Positions 46,735 to 51,588 of a stretch of DNA of 51,588 nucleotides are shown one piece after another. The stretch is taken from positions 1-51,588 of the forward strand of contig QKJV01000214.1 in assembly GCA_003249165.1 (NCBI GenBank). The letters are read 5' to 3'. Within the stretch, counting starts at the first letter, position 1; each line of letters begins with the position of its first letter. This stretch comes from Desulfobulbaceae bacterium (lineage in GTDB: Bacteria; Desulfobacterota; Desulfobulbia; Desulfobulbales; SURF-16). Position numbers and translations under genes: made by a program. The notes beneath the pieces are model-generated. The model worked only from the letters and a program-made list of their open reading frames with translations, ran no database searches and was not told where the DNA came from.

Positions 46735-48289
46735 TACAGCAAAACTGAACAGAGGCAAGGCCTACCTTGTCGGTGCGGGGCCCGGCGACCCTGGTCTCAT
46801 TACCGTGCGTGGACTCGAGATTCTTAAAAAAGCGGAAGTCGTCATTTATGACTATCTAGCAGGAGAAAAGCTCCTCAAATATGTTCCGGAGAATGCCGAA
46901 TTTATTTACGCCGGTAAGAAGGGAGGCATCAAACACACACACACACAGGATGAGATCAATGCAATGCTCATCGACCGGGTGAAAAGAGGAAAAAAGGTTG
47001 TTCGCCTCAAGGGAGGGGATCCCTTCATATTCGGCAGGGGAGGAGAAGAGCTCGAGGAACTGGTCAAAGCTGGACTTCCCTTTGAAGCAGTACCCGGCGT
47101 CACATCGGCATCAGCTGCAGCGACTTTTGCCGGTGTACCCATTACCCATCGACGCTATACATCTTCTGTGGCTTTCATTACCGGACATGAAGATCCCGAC
47201 AAAGAAAACTCCAATATTGCCTGGGATAAAATTTCTACCGGAGTCGGCACGTTAGTCTTTTATATGGGTATAAAAAATCTTGAATCCATAACAACTAACT
47301 TGATGAAACATGGTCGTAATCCAAAAACTCCGGTAGCGGTCGTTCGTTGGGCTTCCCGTCCCAATCAGAAATCAGTGGTCGGTACATTGGATACAATCGC
47401 CGAAATAGTCCGAGTAAATGACATTAAGCCTCCTGCCCTGACAATCGTTGGAGATGTGGTTAAACTGCGAGATACGATCAACTGGTACGAGGAGCGTCCC
47501 CTTTTTGGTAAACGTATCCTTGTTACCCGGACCAGAGAACAGGCAAGTGACCTCGTCGCTTTGCTCGAAGAAAATGGCGCTAACTGTCTGGAGTTCCCAA
47601 CGATTTCTATTCTGCCACCTGATTCATGGCAGGAGCTCGATAACGCCCTTGGTAGAATTGGTGACTTTCAGTGGATTGTATTTACCAGTATAAATGCTAT
47701 TCAGTCCTTTTTTGCCCATCTTCATTTAAAGGGCTTGGATAGCAGGGTATTGGCCAACTGCAAAATTGCCTCTGTTGGGAAGGTAACGGATGACTCTTTG
47801 CGATCTTATGGTTTGATTAGTGATCTTGTTCCAGAAAAATTTACCGGTGAAGGCCTGGCGGAAGCCTTTGAAAAACAAGGCGTCACGGGTATGGATATCC
47901 TTATTCCAAGGGCTTTGAAAGCAAGAGAAATTCTTCCTGTCCGGTTGAAGAAAGCAGGTGCCAGAGTCACAGTGGTCCCGGTTTATCAAAATAAACGCCC
48001 AGAAGGCATACATGACACGCTGCGTGCCAAGCTGGCCAACAAAGATTTGGATATTGTTACTTTTACCAGTTCTTCTACTGTAACCAACTTTATCGATATG
48101 ATGGATGTGAAGGATAAGAAGGAACTGCAGGAGTTGATGCACGGTGTCAAAATAGCTGCTATCGGTCCGGTTACTGCCAGAACCATTGAAGAAAACGGCC
48201 TGAAAGTTGATATTCAACCTGAGAAATATACAATTCCCGACATGGTGGATGCCATAGTGGATTACATGGTTGCGCATGGTGACGGATAA
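46727..48289 (+). CDS. cobA: uroporphyrinogen-III C-methyltransferase / uroporphyrinogen-III synthase fusion
   Basis: LVGAGPGDPGL and RLKGGDPFIFGRGGEE (CobA); ILVTR, FTSINA, FTSSSTV and AIGP.T (HemD). Start TTG 46727 or ATG 46715. Confidence 0.95.
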   Translation: MTNTAKLNRGKAYLVGAGPGDPGLITVRGLEILKKAEVVIYDYLAGEKLLKYVPENAEFIYAGKKGGIKHTHTQDEINAMLIDRVKRGKKVVRLKGGDPFIFGRGGEELEELVKAGLPFEAVPGVTSASAAATFAGVPITHRRYTSSVAFITGHEDPDKENSNIAWDKISTGVGTLVFYMGIKNLESITTNLMKHGRNPKTPVAVVRWASRPNQKSVVGTLDTIAEIVRVNDIKPPALTIVGDVVKLRDTINWYEERPLFGKRILVTRTREQASDLVALLEENGANCLEFPTISILPPDSWQELDNALGRIGDFQWIVFTSINAIQSFFAHLHLKGLDSRVLANCKIASVGKVTDDSLRSYGLISDLVPEKFTGEGLAEAFEKQGVTGMDILIPRALKAREILPVRLKKAGARVTVVPVYQNKRPEGIHDTLRAKLANKDLDIVTFTSSSTVTNFIDMMDVKDKKELQELMHGVKIAAIGPVTARTIEENGLKVDIQPEKYTIPDMVDAIVDYMVAHGDG

Positions 48290-48332
48290 GTAAAGACTTT
48301 GCCGCGATAAATTTCTTGTATAGTATTTATAT

Positions 48333-48368
48333 AAAAACCGGGTTGCCTCTATTGTGCCCCGGTTTTTT
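48333..48368 (+). terminator. intrinsic terminator after cobA/hemD
   Basis: AAAAACCGGG...CCCGGTTTTTT inverted repeat 43 nt after the stop codon. Confidence 0.65.
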
Positions 48369-48564
48369 GCTTCCTGCCCTATCTTCATTCTTTTTTTCTT
48401 GAAAATTGTTTTGATAAAGTCTTTGTTTTTATAGTTATTTTAGGAGATAATGGACTAGATGGTGAGTCATTTACCTGTGTGATTTTTTGAGTCGGCTCAT
48501 GTATGAAATCATCAGCATGAGTTGTTCATTGTTTTCAAATAATAAAAAATAAATTCATAAAAAT

Positions 48565-48918
48565 ATGGAAAATCACAAATTACTTCTTCCGACTCATATG
48601 AATCAGTACGGTTTTCTGTTCGGGGGACATCTGCTGAAATGGGTGGATGAATACGCATGGATTGCTGCAACACTTGATTATCCTGGTTGTAATTTTGTTA
48701 CCTTGGCCATGGACAGGGTTGAATTCAAGAAAAGTGTGAAAGAGGGAACAATTCTCACATTCATTATTGAAAAGACTAAAGTTGGCAATACTTCCGTTCA
48801 GTATTCCTGTCTTGTTTATCCGGGAAAAAACATCGGGGAAAAAGATTTGATTTTCTCTACACATATTACTTTTGTAAGAATTGACCAGAATGGCAAAAAA
48901 AAGTCATTGCCTAAGTGA
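48565..48918 (+). CDS. hotdog-fold acyl-CoA thioesterase (YciA-like)
   Basis: P.HMN.YG.LFGG.LLKWVDE, FVT...V.F and VGNTS. Confidence 0.88.
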   Translation: MENHKLLLPTHMNQYGFLFGGHLLKWVDEYAWIAATLDYPGCNFVTLAMDRVEFKKSVKEGTILTFIIEKTKVGNTSVQYSCLVYPGKNIGEKDLIFSTHITFVRIDQNGKKKSLPK

Positions 48919-49245
48919 AAAATTTATGTATTTCAATTTAATCCAGATGATAAAGTTAATTTATCTACCAATCACTTTCTCTGCATATAGGTAAAGGAAC
49001 AAATTGATACTGTCTGGATAGTTATTGTTTTTGTGTGATAAATGTCAATGAGTTATTTGGAAGCAAATACGATTACTGATCTGTAAATATCTTCGCTAAA
49101 CGTGATATATTTTGTGACTATGACTTCAGTACCTTTTTCGGTGAAGATCTCTTTTTTGCCAGTGACAAACTGAATATTCGGATGCAACTTTACGGAATTC
49201 CATATTAATTAATCATCAGAATTGATTTAATTGGGGCATTAAAAA

Positions 49246-50508
49246 ATGTATGAAGTCGCAGTAGCGTGTCTGGTGCTGACTGCGTTACTCTCCTATTTCA
49301 ACCACCGCTTCATCGGTTTACCTACCACAATCGGTGTCATGAGTATAGCGCTGCTCCTGTCGCTCGCTCTTGTCGGTTTGAATACTCTGGGAATAAGTGC
49401 GCTCCACGACTATGAAGTATCCTTGTTGTCGGCGATTGATTTCTCAAATGTGCTGATGGAAGGGATGCTTTCGTTTCTCCTGTTTGCCGGAGCGTTACAT
49501 GTTGATCTTGGCAGTCTGAGTGACTACAAATGGCAAATCGGCATCCTTTCAGTTTTGGCTACCCTTGCCTCTACAATGATAATTGGTTTTTCTCTATGGT
49601 ATCTTTTGCCTATTGTTGATGTAACACTCCCCCTTTCCTATTGCCTGCTTTTTGGCGCCCTGATTTCACCTACTGACCCCGTTGCGGTAATGGGTATTCT
49701 TAAATCTGCAGGTGCCCCAAAAAATCTTGAAATTGTCATTATGGGTGAATCTCTGTTCAATGATGGCATCGGTGTTGTTGTATTTTCTTTACTTCTTGGT
49801 CTGATCAGTGGTGGTACAATCCCACATTTTAGTGAAGGGATTGCCCTTCTTGCTCATGAAGCTGGAGGCGGTATTATTTTTGGCTTGGCTTTGGGGAGTG
49901 TTACTTATTATATGCTCAAAAGCATTGATAACTATCAGGTTGAAGTACTCATTACTCTTGCTTCAGTCATGGGAGGATATGCTCTAGCCGACAGGTTTCA
50001 TCTTTCTGGTCCACTGGCTATGGTGGTCACTGGGCTTTTCATCGGCAATCGTGGACGTCGTTTTGCGATGTCTGAGAAAACCCGGACGAACCTCGATATG
50101 TTTTGGGAACTGCTTGACGAAATACTGAATACTGTTTTGTTTGTACTGATCGGCCTTGAGGTGACATTGATAACATTTTCAATGGGCGTCTTCAAGGCAG
50201 TTCAACTTGTTATAGTCGTGACGCTCCTGGCTAGATTGATTACCGTTGGGTTGCCGACAGGATTGTTTCGTAAAACGTTTCGTCTCCCAAAGGGGGCATG
50301 GAAAGTTTTGACCTGGGGCGGATTGCGCGGAGGAATATCCGTAGCATTGGCTCTTTCGCTTCCGCCTACGCCCGAGCGAGATCTTCTCCTGGCGCTAACA
50401 TATTCGGTCGTAATTTTTTCCATTCTTGGGCAAGGTTTGACTATCGGTACTGTAACGCGAAGTACTGTACGACGCGTGCACGAAAAATTTTCTGGTATTT
50501 CCGTTTAG
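49246..50508 (+). CDS. nhaP: CPA1/NhaP-family Na+/H+ antiporter
   Basis: ISPTDPVAV, GESLFNDG and WGGLRGGIS; about 12 TM segments. Confidence 0.9.
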   Translation: MYEVAVACLVLTALLSYFNHRFIGLPTTIGVMSIALLLSLALVGLNTLGISALHDYEVSLLSAIDFSNVLMEGMLSFLLFAGALHVDLGSLSDYKWQIGILSVLATLASTMIIGFSLWYLLPIVDVTLPLSYCLLFGALISPTDPVAVMGILKSAGAPKNLEIVIMGESLFNDGIGVVVFSLLLGLISGGTIPHFSEGIALLAHEAGGGIIFGLALGSVTYYMLKSIDNYQVEVLITLASVMGGYALADRFHLSGPLAMVVTGLFIGNRGRRFAMSEKTRTNLDMFWELLDEILNTVLFVLIGLEVTLITFSMGVFKAVQLVIVVTLLARLITVGLPTGLFRKTFRLPKGAWKVLTWGGLRGGISVALALSLPPTPERDLLLALTYSVVIFSILGQGLTIGTVTRSTVRRVHEKFSGISV

Positions 50509-50688
50509 TTGTGAAAAAATCACACCAGCAGCCCAAATTATAACCTTATATCTCATAAATCTTTATGAATGTACATTGAAGGAACAGCTCACAATTTAAG
50601 AGCCTTTTGCATATTTTTAAGTTTTATGTAAACGAGAACTAGTTAAAATTAAAGGCAATCATTTTACTCGGAGATTCGACTTCATAAC

Positions 50689-51276
50689 ATGGCAAATAAA
50701 ATCCAGGAACTCATTGAAAAAATAAAGAAACTTGAAAACGAGCTTTCCGAAGAAATACAAAAAAAAGAAGCTGAATTTTCCTATAAAATTCAGAGAGAAA
50801 AAATTTCTTTTCAGGAAGATATAAAAAAGAAGCATAAGCTGCTTGTTAAGGCTGTTAGCCGTTATTTACAGGATGCTGCACTGTTGAACATACTTACAGC
50901 ACCGTGTATTTGGGCATGTGTCATTCCAGCATTTTTCATGGATGTCGTCATTACCGTATATCAATCCATCTGTTTTCCTGTCTATGGCATCCCAAAGGTT
51001 AAACGTTCGAAATATATTATCATGGATCGGCGTGCCCTGCGTTATCTCAATTTTATTGAAAAGATAAATTGCACCTATTGCGGATACTTTAACGGCCTGA
51101 TTGCTTATGTGCAGGAAATAGCGGCTCGCACAGAGCAGTATTGGTGCCCTATAAAACATGCTAGACGCGTAGCTTCAATGCACAGCCGTTATAAGAATTT
51201 CTTTGAATTTGGGGACGCTGAAAATTTTCGAAAAAATAACGAGAACGTTCGAAGAAATTTTGATGATATCAGTTAA
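50689..51276 (+). CDS. hypothetical protein (coiled coil + TM + Cys/His motif)
   Basis: GGAG RBS; N-terminal coiled coil, hydrophobic segment, NCTYCGYFNG...EQYWCPIKH. Confidence 0.75.
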   Translation: MANKIQELIEKIKKLENELSEEIQKKEAEFSYKIQREKISFQEDIKKKHKLLVKAVSRYLQDAALLNILTAPCIWACVIPAFFMDVVITVYQSICFPVYGIPKVKRSKYIIMDRRALRYLNFIEKINCTYCGYFNGLIAYVQEIAARTEQYWCPIKHARRVASMHSRYKNFFEFGDAENFRKNNENVRRNFDDIS

Positions 51277-51361
51277 TTAGCTATATTTTTGTTGAAAAAA
51301 ATAAAATTCTATCTTGTCCTCTCCTTGTTATGTTTTTTCTCAACAGATATAGTTCTTAATC

Positions 51362-51397
51362 AAAAAAAACCGGATAACCCATTTGGGAAACCCGGTT
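51362..51397 (-). terminator. intrinsic terminator downstream of ribB
   Basis: The minus strand reads AACCGGGTTTCCCAAATGGGTTATCCGGTTTTTTTT, a hairpin followed by a U-tract. Confidence 0.7.
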
Positions 51398-51444
51398 ACA
51401 AAAATGTTTATTTACTATAAAAACAAATAACTATACGGACACAA

Positions 51445-51588
51445 TTACGCTGCTTGAAGATGAATTTTACGGTAAGAGACCAGATCTTCAATGGTCAAGA
51501 CGGGCATTGAATGTTGCTCGGCAAAATGTATCACTTGTGGTAAACGTGCCATTGTCCCATCCGTATTAGTTAGCTCACAAAGCACACC
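51445..51588 (-). CDS. ribB: 3,4-dihydroxy-2-butanone 4-phosphate synthase, C-terminal fragment (truncated by window edge)
   Basis: Manual translation (not in the ORF track): [47 protein letters not shown], matching the RibB C-terminus; standalone, with no RibA fusion. Confidence 0.92.
   Translation of the reverse strand, partial: GVLCELTNTDGTMARLPQVIHFAEQHSMPVLTIEDLVSYRKIHLQAA

Noticed and set aside
47726-48388. 220-aa minus-strand ORF
   Set aside because: Antisense to cobA/hemD, with no motifs.

Overview
A gene-dense bacterial chromosomal window, probably from a Desulfobacterota (Desulfobulbales-like) organism. The taxon is inferred from the cobA-hemD fusion, the FmdB zinc ribbon, the rhodanese-ferritin fusion, TrpB2 and the abundant c-di-GMP genes. 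It holds about 43 CDS and I saw no rRNA, tRNA, CRISPR array or transposase. Housekeeping blocks are: nhaR divergent from htpX, a P-type ATPase and an AI-2E transporter; a ybhGFSR-type ABC exporter; glgP; dacB and trpB2; gmhA-hemC-cobA/hemD; nhaP; and the 3' end of ribB. Two regions stand out. (1) At about 21.9-35.7 kb there is a c-di-GMP signalling island. A cNMP-domain-fused PhcB-like SAM methyltransferase (fatty-acid methyl-ester autoinducer synthase type) is translationally coupled to a membrane PAS/HD-GYP protein with a PhcS-like sensor and is preceded by a PilZ gene. Nearby are a second paralogous receptor, a QseE/QseG-like GGDEF module and a divergent cNMP-GAF plus acyl-CoA carboxylase operon. 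This is a candidate undescribed quorum-sensing circuit with c-di-GMP output instead of a kinase. (2) At about 11.6-16.5 kb there is an operon of a RibD-type reductase, an unknown PP-loop/CxxC enzyme, an archaeal MptA-like GTP cyclohydrolase and an HD-containing tRNA nucleotidyltransferase, divergent from an orphan ParB-like gene. This is a candidate novel pterin or nucleoside-modification pathway. All family calls come from motif recognition, not database searches.
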